DNA from: Porphyromonadaceae bacterium CG2_30_38_12
GTDB taxonomy: Bacteria; Bacteroidota; Bacteroidia; Bacteroidales; Paludibacteraceae
Assembly: GCA_001873635.1 (NCBI GenBank)
Contig: MNZK01000069.1
Location: 2,594-66,593, forward strand
Length of the DNA: 64,000 bases
Reading direction: 5' to 3'
Part shown: in pieces, positions 32,300 through 43,400 of the stretch
Numbering within the stretch: the stretch's first letter is position 1
Layout: each line of letters opens with the position of its first letter
The notes under the pieces: model-generated
The model's input: only the letters and a program-made list of their open reading frames with translations
Database searches by the model: none
Told to the model about the DNA's origin: nothing
Translations under genes and position numbers: made by a program

Positions 32300-32334
32300 A
32301 GCCATCCTCATAAAGTACTTTATGAAGATGGCTT
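32300..32334 (-). terminator. Terminator after the TonB-dependent receptor gene
   Basis: AGCCATCCTCATAAAGTACTTTATGAAGATGGCT near-perfect palindrome with a nearby U-rich tract on the minus strand. Confidence 0.7.
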
Positions 32335-32359
32335 CGAAATTATTAATGGTACTAACAGC

Positions 32360-34603
32360 TTAAAATTTCAAAGTAACCGAGGCTAAGAAATTTGTGCCAG
32401 CTTGCGGAAAATAGCGTTTTTCGTTTACGCGCACATTATCCAAATAATACGAATACCAGGTAAAAGCATTATTTTCATATTGTTCGTTGAAAATATTATT
32501 TAACAATAGCTGAAAATCAATGGCATTCGTATTTTTTAGGGCTAATTTGTATTTTACACTGAGGTTGTTCACAAAATAAGCATCAATGGCACGTTCGGCA
32601 TTGGACGTATTGTCGAAGTACTGTTTACCCACATAATTACTATAAAGTGAAAAATCAACCTTTGCCAAATTTACAGTAAAAATGCTGTTGGCTATCACCT
32701 TAGGCGAGTAAGCAATGTCTGTTTTTCCCAGCTCGTTATTTTTTGAATCTATCCAGTTAAAATCAGCATCGTACATGTCCACTGCTTCTTCGGTAAAATT
32801 CAGAATTTTATTGTCACTCAAGGTAATATTACCATCCCATTTCAACCATGAGCTAATTTTAGCTCCCAGCGATAGCTCGATGCCCATGCGGTAGCTATCT
32901 GGTATGTTGGTGCTTAGTGCTTCCCCAATTTCACTCAACTTGCCCGTTAGTATCAACTGGTTTTTATATTTCATGTAGTATAAACTGGCTTCGGCTGAAA
33001 AACTCGATGCCTGAAAACGATAACCTGCCTCGATATCCGTAAGCCTTTCGCTGGTAGGTTTTGCCTCGGTCAAAGCTCTTTCAGTGTAGTTAGTTCGGTT
33101 CGGTTCGCGATTTGATATGGCATACGAGGCATACAGTTGCTGCTTGGCGTTAGGCTGATAACTTAAACCAAACTTGGGATTAAAAAAGTTGAAGGCATCA
33201 CTTTGTGTAATGTTTCGCATGGCAGCTTGGGTGTCATCATATTTATCGTCGGTACCATCCATGCTATATTTGATGTGTCGATATTGTAAATCGACAGCAG
33301 CAAAAAGATGGTTGATAGGCTCGGCATTCACTTTTAAATAGATATTCGCATCGTCTTTTATGCCACGGCTTCGATACCACTCGTCGCTAATGTTAAGCTG
33401 ATTGCTGTTTCGAGCCCAAATCACTTTTCCAAAATGGTCACCATCATATCGGTTCAGAGCACCACCAAAATTTATATCTGTGATTTTTGTCTTGTAGTTT
33501 AAAGCATAGGTGAAACCATAAAAATCATTGTCTAACCATTTTTGACGAACCAAATCAGTTTTCTTTTGGGCTACCCCTGCCAGTGTGTCGGGTTTTAATC
33601 CATACTCGACATACTTTCGCGATTCTTTATATTCCTCGTAATAGCCTAATCCCTTTGTGTAGTGGCCTGTTACATTTAATTTTAACTGCTGATTAATAAG
33701 TTGAAGCCAATGTAATTGGTAGTTTGTTTGGTTGTAATTATCTGTTTGATTGTCGTAATACTGTTGTTTGCCTGCATTGTCTTTAAAACTTCCAAGTTCG
33801 TTAAATGTTCGGTTTGTTTTCATAATTTCCGAATCGACCCCATTCCAAGCCTGATAGGTTTTTTCATTTCCTCCAAAAGTAACGAACTTAAGCGTTGTTT
33901 TTTCGGCATAATAGCCTGCTGTTAGATAGTACGATTTCATATTTACCCAAGCCCTGTCGATATAGCCATCGGAGGTCAGGTTTGATAATCGGGCATCAAA
34001 AGCAAAGCCATTTTTTAACAAACCCGAACCAACTTTAATCGTGTTTTTGTTCGTTGCAAAAGAGCCAATAGAAGAGCTCACCTCGCCATAAGCCTGTTTG
34101 TTCAAGCCCTCGGTGAGCATGTTGATGCTTGCCCCAAAAGCAGCAGTACCATTGGTTGAAGTGCCCACACCACGCTGAACTTGCACCGACGAAAGCGAGG
34201 ATGCAAAATCGGGCATGTCCACAAAATAAGTTCCATGTGACTCGGGGTCGTTGTAAGGCACGCCGTTTATGGTAACGTTAATGCGGTTGGCATCGGTGCC
34301 GCGAATGCGAAAACCAGTGTATCCAACACCAGTGCCACCATCGGATGTTGCTACAAACGAAGGTGTTAAAGCCAATAAATAAGGAATGTCTTGTCCCAAA
34401 TTGCGTTGCTCAATACTTTCTTTGGTTACAGTTTTGTAAGCCACCGCCGAACGTTCGTTGGCACGTAGCGAAGTAACTGTAAGTTCCTGCAAAGCAATTG
34501 TTTTGGTACTGTCAGCCGCGGTGGCTGAATTTGGTTGTGTCGTTTGACTAAACGACAAGCTTGAAAATAGTAGCACTAAAGCCACAGTAAAAATTTGTCT
34601 CAT
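32360..34603 (-). CDS. TonB-dependent receptor, probable outer-membrane thiamine transporter
   Basis: Signal peptide, plug motifs FRIRG...RINVTINGVP and VQVQRGVGTS, terminal Phe; preceded by a TPP riboswitch. Confidence 0.88.
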   Translation of the reverse strand: MRQIFTVALVLLFSSLSFSQTTQPNSATAADSTKTIALQELTVTSLRANERSAVAYKTVTKESIEQRNLGQDIPYLLALTPSFVATSDGGTGVGYTGFRIRGTDANRINVTINGVPYNDPESHGTYFVDMPDFASSLSSVQVQRGVGTSTNGTAAFGASINMLTEGLNKQAYGEVSSSIGSFATNKNTIKVGSGLLKNGFAFDARLSNLTSDGYIDRAWVNMKSYYLTAGYYAEKTTLKFVTFGGNEKTYQAWNGVDSEIMKTNRTFNELGSFKDNAGKQQYYDNQTDNYNQTNYQLHWLQLINQQLKLNVTGHYTKGLGYYEEYKESRKYVEYGLKPDTLAGVAQKKTDLVRQKWLDNDFYGFTYALNYKTKITDINFGGALNRYDGDHFGKVIWARNSNQLNISDEWYRSRGIKDDANIYLKVNAEPINHLFAAVDLQYRHIKYSMDGTDDKYDDTQAAMRNITQSDAFNFFNPKFGLSYQPNAKQQLYASYAISNREPNRTNYTERALTEAKPTSERLTDIEAGYRFQASSFSAEASLYYMKYKNQLILTGKLSEIGEALSTNIPDSYRMGIELSLGAKISSWLKWDGNITLSDNKILNFTEEAVDMYDADFNWIDSKNNELGKTDIAYSPKVIANSIFTVNLAKVDFSLYSNYVGKQYFDNTSNAERAIDAYFVNNLSVKYKLALKNTNAIDFQLLLNNIFNEQYENNAFTWYSYYLDNVRVNEKRYFPQAGTNFLASVTLKF

Positions 34604-34674
34604 AACAAGTTAATTAAATGAATTAAATAATGAAGTTGTTTCTGAGAGCCCAAAAGGTACGGAAGATGGATTGC

Positions 34675-34750
34675 TTATTCCCTTAGCAGCATTACCCGCT
34701 CAGGTTCAAAGGGTATGATCTCAGCCCGAAATATTAAGGCACCCCATTCA
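34675..34750 (-). ncRNA. TPP riboswitch aptamer
   Basis: Minus strand GGGGTGCC...GGCTGAGATCATACCCTTTGAACCTGAGCGGGTAATGCTGCTAAGGGA contains the UGAGA, UACCC, GAACCUGA, UAAUG and AGGGA THI-box elements. Confidence 0.93.
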
Positions 34751-34797
34751 AAAAAAAATCAGCAAACAAGAATTAGTTTGCTATCATAATTTTGCGT

Positions 34798-34807
34798 TGC
34801 AAAGGTA
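34798..34807 (-). promoter_or_regulatory. -7 promoter box upstream of the TPP riboswitch
   Basis: TACCTTTGCA on the minus strand. Confidence 0.6.
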
Positions 34808-34880
34808 TTTAAAATTTATGAATGTAGCAACTCACAGCTGCAAAAGCTATGGCTACGAAACATTGAAATGAGTTAATTGA

Positions 34881-37646
34881 TTAAAAAAGAAGTAATTGCT
34901 CGTTGTTTTCTCCCGATGATTTATCCTTATTTGCTGGCTTTTGCAATGGCTCTTTTTTGATATTTGCGCTTGTTGGTTCTGTTTTTGAAGCTTGCGTATC
35001 TTCTAGTTGCGTTAGTTCTATCTCCAGTTTTGATTCAATTCCGCTTTCAATTTCGTCGTCTTGCACAAGCTCATTTTGTTCTGCTATGCTTTCTTTCTGT
35101 TCGTTAAATCGTACTGGCTCTAATTCGTTGATAGTTTCTACCTCGAATGTTGTCAGGCGTTTACCTTTTGCTTTGAAGCTCTTTACGGCAATAAATTCTT
35201 CAGCATCAATTATCAAAGCCTCACGAAAAGCATCGTTACCACCTAACACGATTTCAAATCGAGGATAGTCCACATCAGTCATTAACATGAGGCGTGATGC
35301 AGGGTTTTCGCCCAAGAGGTTTTGTTTTTTGAGTGATGCCTCTAACTGAAAACGCTTCAGATAATAAAATTTCTGTTCGGCATCGTACAAGGCAACTGTC
35401 CAAACCTTGTTAGCATCAAATTTCTCAATAATGAGTAAGTCTTTGTCGTAGTGATTGTTCAAATCGAAATTTGATGTGTAGTAATCTCCTTTTTGTGAAA
35501 TAATTAAAATTAAATCGTCGCTCAGAAATTCGCCAAGAAATTCTCCTCGGTTGTCGTAATTCAGTCGCAGAACATCTCTATCGAACCACACCTGACGCCC
35601 ACCCAAGGTAGAGCCTCCCTTTTGCTTGAGTGTTATTTTCTGTATGTCGTTCTTTGTGAGCAGGTTGCCCATAGACTGTCGCCCTTTGATGGCTATTTCG
35701 CTAAAATCTTTTTCAAATACTAGCTTGAAAAGACGTGGCTTGGGCTTAAGTGTAACGCGCACCACTTCGGCTTCGGCATTGGGATTGGCAGTGAAATACA
35801 TAACTTTGGTGCCAGCAGTGCCTTGTGTGATGTCATATTCTTTGTCGCGGGTAACGCCGTTTACGGCAAAGCGTTTGATGTAATAGGGTCCCCCTTTCCC
35901 ATCACGATAAATGAGGTTGAAGATGGTTCGCTTATCGTTTTTTTTAAATACATCTAAATGAAGAATATTTTTTCCAACAAAGATTTTATCAGCGACTTTC
36001 ACGACTTTAAATTTACCATCTTTAAAAAATACGATAATGTCGTCGATATCCGAACAGTTGCATACGAAAGTATCTTTGCGCAGCGCAGAGCCAATAAATC
36101 CCTCCTCGTAGTTAACATACAATTTTTCGTTTGCCTCCACCACTTTGGTAGCTACTATGGTTTCAAAATTGCGTATTTCGGTGTGCCTCGGAAAGTCTTT
36201 TCCGTATTTTGATTTTAAACTTTCGAACCAAAAAATGGTATAATCGGTTAAATGATTGAGCTGATAATTTACTTCATCAATTTTTTTCTGAATAGCAATC
36301 AGGGTATCGTTTGCTTTGTCGGAATCAAATTTTGTGATACGCATCATTTTTATTTCGAGCAGCTTCAAAAAGTCTTCGCGGCTAATTACGCGAATAAAAT
36401 CTTTTTTGAAAGGTTCTAAACGCATATCAATGTGAGCAATAACTTCCTCCTGCGAGCTGCTTTCTTCAAAACCTTTATCTTTGTAAATTCTGTTTTCGAT
36501 AAATATTTTTTCGAGCGAAGTAAAAAATAATTGTTCTAACAATTCAGTTTTCTGAATTTCCAATTCTGCTTGAAGCAAATCTTTGGTATGCTCGCAGCTC
36601 ACGCGCAACATTTCACTAACACCCATGAAACGGGGCTTGTTGTTGTGAATGACGCAGCAATTGGGTGATATGCTCAATTCGCAATCGGTAAAAGCGAACA
36701 GGGCATCAATCGTTTTGTCCGACGAAATGCCTGGCTGCAATTGTACCAAAATTTCCACCTGCGCAGACGTGTTGTCGTCCACTTTGCGAATTTTTATTTT
36801 CCCTTTTTCGCTGGCTCTAATGATGGATTCAATGAGCTTTGTAGTGTTGCTGCCAAAAGGCACTTCGGTGATAGCTAAGGTTTTGTTGTCGATTTTACTA
36901 ATGGTGGCGCGCACTTTCACCATACCTCCACGTTCACCATCGTTGTAGCGAGCAACGTCTATGGAGCCACCCGTTTGAAAATCGGGGTAAAGCACAAACT
37001 CTTCGCCACGTAGATGTGAAATGCAAGCATCGCAAAGCTCGTTGAAATTGTGAGGCAGAATTTTAGAATTTAAGCCAACGGCTATACCTTCTACGCCTTG
37101 AGCCAGCAAAAGAGGAAACTTAACCGGCAATGCTACCGGCTCTTTGTTTCGACCATCGTAGGAGGAACGCCATTCGGTTGTTTTGGCGTTGAAAACTGTT
37201 TCGAGTGCAAATTTAGACAGACGCGCCTCGATGTATCGTGGTGCAGCAGCGCCATCACCAGTGAGGATATTCCCCCAGTTTCCCTGACAGTCAATGAGTA
37301 AATCTTTTTGTCCGAGCTGCACCAAGGCATCGCCAATAGACGCATCGCCGTGAGGATGAAATTGCATGGTATGACCCACAATATTGGCAACTTTATTGTA
37401 TCTACCATCGTCCAAACGCTTCATAGAGTGAAGAATACGCCGCTGGACGGGTTTAAGACCATCATAAATATCAGGCACGGCACGTTCTAAAATAACGTAG
37501 GAAGCATAGTCCAAAAACCAATGTTGGTACATCCCCGCCAAGTGATGTTTTACTGCATCGTCCGTAATTTGCGGAACGCGGTAAGTGGCGTTTTGCACTA
37601 TGTTTAGTTCTTCATTCTCGGACTCTATAATCTCGTCAGTGCTCAT
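34881..37646 (-). CDS. parC: DNA topoisomerase IV subunit A (Bacteroidota GyrA/ParC family)
   Basis: DGLKPVQRR, FHPHGDASI, AAPRYIEARL catalytic Tyr; no GyrA-box recognised; acidic low-complexity tail. Confidence 0.88.
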   Translation of the reverse strand: MSTDEIIESENEELNIVQNATYRVPQITDDAVKHHLAGMYQHWFLDYASYVILERAVPDIYDGLKPVQRRILHSMKRLDDGRYNKVANIVGHTMQFHPHGDASIGDALVQLGQKDLLIDCQGNWGNILTGDGAAAPRYIEARLSKFALETVFNAKTTEWRSSYDGRNKEPVALPVKFPLLLAQGVEGIAVGLNSKILPHNFNELCDACISHLRGEEFVLYPDFQTGGSIDVARYNDGERGGMVKVRATISKIDNKTLAITEVPFGSNTTKLIESIIRASEKGKIKIRKVDDNTSAQVEILVQLQPGISSDKTIDALFAFTDCELSISPNCCVIHNNKPRFMGVSEMLRVSCEHTKDLLQAELEIQKTELLEQLFFTSLEKIFIENRIYKDKGFEESSSQEEVIAHIDMRLEPFKKDFIRVISREDFLKLLEIKMMRITKFDSDKANDTLIAIQKKIDEVNYQLNHLTDYTIFWFESLKSKYGKDFPRHTEIRNFETIVATKVVEANEKLYVNYEEGFIGSALRKDTFVCNCSDIDDIIVFFKDGKFKVVKVADKIFVGKNILHLDVFKKNDKRTIFNLIYRDGKGGPYYIKRFAVNGVTRDKEYDITQGTAGTKVMYFTANPNAEAEVVRVTLKPKPRLFKLVFEKDFSEIAIKGRQSMGNLLTKNDIQKITLKQKGGSTLGGRQVWFDRDVLRLNYDNRGEFLGEFLSDDLILIISQKGDYYTSNFDLNNHYDKDLLIIEKFDANKVWTVALYDAEQKFYYLKRFQLEASLKKQNLLGENPASRLMLMTDVDYPRFEIVLGGNDAFREALIIDAEEFIAVKSFKAKGKRLTTFEVETINELEPVRFNEQKESIAEQNELVQDDEIESGIESKLEIELTQLEDTQASKTEPTSANIKKEPLQKPANKDKSSGENNEQLLLF

Positions 37647-37839
37647 GGATAATACTGCTTTTGGTTTTTAATCACAAAAATAGAAAAAATAATCTTACAT
37701 TCAATTTTTATCCTCAATAATAGTCCTAATTTTCCATTTTGTATTCAAAATACATCCTAACTTATATGGTTTTTTATATGTACATAAATATGCAAAAAAG
37801 CGAAAGCCAATTCTAAATTATTGATTTATTTGATATTAG

Positions 37840-39081
37840 TTAACGATTCATCATGCTTGGTTTACCTTCGAGTTGGGCAGCAGCATCCACACTAAAGGTT
37901 CCATCGGTAACTATTTCTTCACCTTCATCGAGACCCGAAATTACAACATAACTATTGCCAAGCATAGGTCCAATTTCAACTTCTCGCATTTTGAAATTAA
38001 GTTCTTCGTTATCAGCTTGTTTTACATAGACAATGGAACGTTTTCCTGTCCATAATACTGCCGAGCGTGGAATCACCAATTTATCTTTATATTCGTTCAG
38101 GTGGGCATTCATAATTCCTGTTGCAAACATTTCGGGCTTTAGCTTGCCCTTGGAATTGTCAATTTCCACTCTTACCTTAGCCACCCGATTTATGGGGTCA
38201 ATAACTGGGTCGATAAAGCGAATGGTAGAACTGAAGTTCTTGCCGGGCAAAGCTTGCAAGCTAAAATTTACTGCGTTACCTACAGTCAGAAATGGTAAAT
38301 CACTTTCATAAGCATCAAATTGTATCCAGACCTTTGAGAGGTTGGCAATATCATACAGTACACTTCCCTGCGACACATAATCGCCTACATTTATTCGTTT
38401 AGCTTTTACAACTCCCGAAGTGTTTGAATAGATTTCAAATAGAGTTTTTACTTTACCCGATTTTTCAATTTGCGACAATTGATTTTCCGTTATTTTCCAA
38501 TGCATAAGTTTTTCTTTTGCGGCTTCGTAAATTGTTGGTTGCGCTTCCTTCTCTTTTGCTGCTTCGAGTAATTCTTGTTGAGCTGTTATCAATTCGGGCG
38601 AATAAATAAGCGCTAATAATTGACCTTTATTTACGGTTTCGCCCGTAAAATTGACAACTAATTTTTCAATTCTACCCGAAATATGTGCTACTTGATTTTG
38701 TATTAACCGTTCGTCGGCTTGTACTTTGCCATACAACCGAACTTCTTTTAAAGCTTGCTGACGGCTTACGATTGATGTGGATACATTTGCCAATGCAGCA
38801 GCATCGGCACTGAAATGAATAGCATCTGAATCCATCTGAGCAGTACTATTTTGATTTAAAAGTATCAAATCCATAGCACATATTGGGCATTTACCTGGTT
38901 TGTCCATTTTTATCTGCGGATGCATGGAGCAAGTCCAAATTTCTTTTTTAGTATCTTCTGCCGCATGATTGTGTTTTTCTTCTGCTATTTTTGGTGTGTG
39001 AAAAATGAACCACCCAAGAAAAAGTCCGGCAAGTATGAGAAGTCCGTAAAGGACGTATTTGTTTGAAATTATTGTTTTCAT
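37840..39081 (-). CDS. CusB-like heavy-metal RND periplasmic adaptor
   Basis: WTCSMHPQIKMDKPGKCPICAMDL metal-binding domain, YSPELITAQQE, LKPEMFA. Confidence 0.9.
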   Translation of the reverse strand: MKTIISNKYVLYGLLILAGLFLGWFIFHTPKIAEEKHNHAAEDTKKEIWTCSMHPQIKMDKPGKCPICAMDLILLNQNSTAQMDSDAIHFSADAAALANVSTSIVSRQQALKEVRLYGKVQADERLIQNQVAHISGRIEKLVVNFTGETVNKGQLLALIYSPELITAQQELLEAAKEKEAQPTIYEAAKEKLMHWKITENQLSQIEKSGKVKTLFEIYSNTSGVVKAKRINVGDYVSQGSVLYDIANLSKVWIQFDAYESDLPFLTVGNAVNFSLQALPGKNFSSTIRFIDPVIDPINRVAKVRVEIDNSKGKLKPEMFATGIMNAHLNEYKDKLVIPRSAVLWTGKRSIVYVKQADNEELNFKMREVEIGPMLGNSYVVISGLDEGEEIVTDGTFSVDAAAQLEGKPSMMNR

Positions 39082-39122
39082 AAAATGTATTTATTTTGAA
39101 TGCAAAATGAGAAACTCCTAAA

Positions 39123-40397
39123 TTATTTATTGTTTATTGTCAATTTATGAATGATTGCTTTTGCATGATTAAAATCAACCAATGCTCCCACTTGTTCCAG
39201 TTCATAATCCAACAATTGCTTTTGAATACGCAAAATAGCCGTTAGCCCTATATTGGATGAAGATGAAAAACTTTTAATCGAAATATCAAGCATTTTTTTT
39301 GCTAACCGGCTCTGGCTGTCGTACAATTTCATACGTCTTTGTGCATCGTTATACTGCTGCAAAGCTTCGTAATATTCCGTTTGCAAAGCATTAGCCGTGG
39401 CTTGGTAGTTTTGCTGTGTTGCTAATTTAGAGAATTTTGTTTCAGCTTGCTGCGCATTGTATTTTTTTCGATAAATTGGCAACGTAATTGTGAGCATAGG
39501 CATAATCATATCTTGTCCATTCATTGTTGAGGTTGACATTGGAGCTTTTGAAATAACAGAATAGTTCAAGCCAATCCCAACCATAGGCAATCCCATTTGT
39601 TTTTGCATTTTCGAGCGTGCGTCAAGTGATAGTTGCTCATAGTGTAGCATAGACAACATCGGATTTTGAATGAAAAGCGAGTCGGAAACCGATAGAAGGG
39701 AACTATCCAGCGGTTCAGCAGATAAAAAATCAGACACACAAATAGTCGTTGTTTGTGGACTGTTCAATAGACTGTTCAATCGAGCAATCACTACTTGTTC
39801 CTTATTTTTAAGCGTGGAAATTGCATTTTCCATAGTCCCAATTTCAATCTGAATCTGATACAGATCTGTCAAACCTGTTCCACCTGAAGATGCCGAAGAA
39901 CCGTCACTCAAAGAACCTGATTTAAACTTTACTAATGTCAGCCGTTCGATGGTTTTCAGCACATCAACATTTTCCTGAGATATCCTGATGTTTTGACGGA
40001 TTTTATACAAATCGAACCAAACACGCTGCACATCGTAATAAACTTGCAACTTAGCATCTCGAAAAGATTCAAAGCTGGCTTTCGCCATAAGGCTCATTTC
40101 ATCTTTGGCATTTTTGATTACGCCAAACCACGGTAACATTTGCATCAATTTAATATCTGCCACTTGATTTCCTGCCATTAACTCCATTGGACTCAGAAAA
40201 ATTCCCATTTCCAATTGCGGATCGGGCAGCGAACTCACTTGTGGTACTTTCTGAAGTGCAGCCTGATAGTGATTGTAGCGTTGTAGTACCGTAGGATTGT
40301 TTTTTGTGGCAAGCTCTAAGTAATGTATAAGCGAATCTTGCGAAAAACCATTTATGCTACATACAAATAAGCCAATTAATATAGTTGTTTTTTTCAT
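39123..40397 (-). CDS. TolC/CusC-like outer membrane factor
   Basis: Signal peptide, SLPDPQ, QMLPWFG, ITLPIYRKK; lies between cusA and cusB homologues. Confidence 0.88.
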   Translation of the reverse strand: MKKTTILIGLFVCSINGFSQDSLIHYLELATKNNPTVLQRYNHYQAALQKVPQVSSLPDPQLEMGIFLSPMELMAGNQVADIKLMQMLPWFGVIKNAKDEMSLMAKASFESFRDAKLQVYYDVQRVWFDLYKIRQNIRISQENVDVLKTIERLTLVKFKSGSLSDGSSASSGGTGLTDLYQIQIEIGTMENAISTLKNKEQVVIARLNSLLNSPQTTTICVSDFLSAEPLDSSLLSVSDSLFIQNPMLSMLHYEQLSLDARSKMQKQMGLPMVGIGLNYSVISKAPMSTSTMNGQDMIMPMLTITLPIYRKKYNAQQAETKFSKLATQQNYQATANALQTEYYEALQQYNDAQRRMKLYDSQSRLAKKMLDISIKSFSSSSNIGLTAILRIQKQLLDYELEQVGALVDFNHAKAIIHKLTINNK

Positions 40398-40413
40398 TAT
40401 TCATTATTCATTT

Positions 40414-43400
40414 TTAATTCTTAATTGAATGTTCCCGCCATATTGCCTGAAAGAGTGGCACCACAAAAATGGTCATCACCTGTATAATCATACCGCCGAA
40501 TGTGGGTATAGACATCGGCACCATTATATCAGCTCCTTTGCCTGTTGATGTGAGTACGGGTAACAAAGCAATCACTGCTACTGCTGTAGTCATCATAGCA
40601 GGTCGAACGCGTTTTTTTCCAGCTGCAATCACCGCTTCACGTACTTCGGTTACTGTTGAAGGATGCCTGTCCTCAAAAACCTGATGAATATACGTTCCCA
40701 TCATTACCCCATCGTCTGTTGCAATTCCGAAAAGTGCAATAAATCCTACCCAAACAGCAACACTCAAATTAATAGGGTGTATCTGAAAAAGATCACGTAA
40801 ATTTACATTGGCTACCGAAAAGTTTAAAAACCAATCCTGACCATACAACCAAAGCATAATAAATCCACCGGCAAAAGCTACAAAAACTCCCGAAAAATGG
40901 ATTAATGAAGCGGTAATGGTTTTAAATTGAAAATATAATAACAGTAAGATAAGGATTAAACTGATTGGAATTACAATAGATAAGCGTTCGGTGGCTCGTA
41001 GCTCATTTTCGTAATTCCCTGCAAATTTATATGTTACACCTTTGGGCACTTTCAATTCGCCTGTATCAATTTTTTTCTGCAACACCCCCGCAGCTTCATT
41101 TACTACATCTACCTCGGCTTTGCCTTCCACTTTATCAAAAATCACATAACCTACTAAAAATGTATTTTCACTTCGTATCATTTGCGCACCACGCGTGTAG
41201 TCAATGTCGGCAATTTCGCTTAGTGGTATCTGACTTCCATTCATGGCTGGTATCAAGATGCGTTTAATATCCTCGGGATTGTCACGTAGTTCGCGCGCAT
41301 AGCGAACCCGAATCGGGAATCGTTCGCGACCTTCCACCGAAGTACTTAGCGACATACCACCCATGGCTACCTGCAATACTTCCTGAACCTCGCTCACTGT
41401 CATTCCGTAACGAGCCATATTTTCACGGTTCAGTTTTATTTCCAAATAAGGCGCTCCCACAGCACGGTCGTAAAATACCGAACTTGCTTTTACGGAATGG
41501 ACATCTTTCAAGGCTTTCTCGAATTGCATTCCGGCGTTTTCTATCGATTCCAAATCAGGACCGTACACTTTTAAACCCATGGGCGCACGCATTCCTGTTG
41601 AAAGCATAACTAATCGTGTTTCGATAGGCTGTAATTTCGGTGCTGAAGTCAGTCCGGGGATATTGGTAACTTTCACTATTTCGTTCCATATATCAGTTGG
41701 CTTCTTAATTTCTGGTCGCCACTGACGAAAATACTCTCCATTATCGCTATGTATCAAGCTATCAGCCGGAATTGGACGAAACTCATCTTTGTCAGGTCGA
41801 AAGGTTTTTCCATTTTTCAACAAATATTCACCATCGCTATTCGTTTTGAATCGCATTCGGTGTCCGTTTTCGTCCAATAAATACTCCGACCGATAATTAA
41901 TTGTGTTTTCAAACATTTGAACTGGAGCAGGGTCTAACGAAGAATTAACACGTCCCCATTTTCCCACTGCTACTTCTACTTCAGGAATGGCTGCCAAACG
42001 TCTGTCGAGCATTTTTATGTATTGCAGATTTTTATCAATGCTTGAATGAGGCATACTGGTAGGCATCAGCAAAAAAGAACCTTCGTTCAACGATGGCATA
42101 AATTCCTTTCCAAAAGTTCTCCAAGCCATGAAACCGAATACCAAAGTAAAGATTGGTACTAGTAGAAATTTCCATTTATTAATAAGTGCCCAACGAAGTA
42201 TCGGTTCATAAAAATGAACCATACTCATCAACGCCAATAATATTATTGAAATGATACCTGCAACAAATAAGAAATTAATCAACGTACCATTGTGAGCACC
42301 CAATGGCAACCATTCGATGGTTAAATAATATAAGGCAACAAGCACCGCGATACCAATGTTGATATAATTTGGGTATTCTTTCCGTTGAGCCGACCATTTA
42401 TAATCCAATAAATTATTCACCCCTACTGCCACCAAAGCCAATGCAGGCCATATTTGCCAACTAATTACGATGACAGTGCCTCCAAGAATTAAGACGCCAT
42501 TAAAAAAGCGTCTGATTTTTTTTGTATCTATTCGTATATCGAACAGAATATGCACCATGGTTGGCAAAACAACAATCCCAAGAATAAAGGCAGAAATGAG
42601 CGCAAATGTTTTTGTAAAAGCAAGTGGATGAAATAACTTACCCTCGGCTGCTTCCATAGCAAAAACAGGCAAAAAGCTCACAATAGTGGTTGCAATGGAA
42701 GTAACAACTGCTGCACGGACTTCTGTGGTAGCGTCATAGATTACCTGCATTAACTGCTTGCCTCGCACACCTTTGTTCTCGGGCATCTCCAAATGCCGAA
42801 GAATATTCTCCACATCCACAATGCCAATATCCACCATTACCCCAATAGCAATGGCAATACCCGACAAGGCAACAATATTGGCATCGACACCAAAAAAGCG
42901 CATCAGTATAAATGTCATTAATACGCCCAAAGGCAACAAACCCGCAACAATAATCGATGATTTCAGATTGAGCACAAGTATAATTATAACAATGATACTG
43001 ATTATTATTTCGTGCGTAAGTGCTGATTCTAATGTTCCTATTGTTTCTTTAATAAGACCTGTTCGGTCGTAAAATGGAACTACAGTTACTTTTGATACGG
43101 AACCATCGGGCAATGTTTTTTGAGGTAAACCAGCTTCAATTTCTTTAATCTTAGCTTTTACATTAGCAATCACTTCCATTGGGTTTGAACCATAACGCGC
43201 TACAACTACTGCTCCAACTGCTTCGCTCCCTGCTTTGTCCAATCCTCCACGTCGCGTTGCAGGTCCAAATGAGGTTTGCGCCACATCTTTAATCCGAACC
43301 GGAACGTTGTTTCGTACCGTAACTACTGAATTGTCTAAGTCTTCTAAGCTTTTCACGTAACCCAATCCTCGAATAATGTACTCAACATTATTCAATTCAA

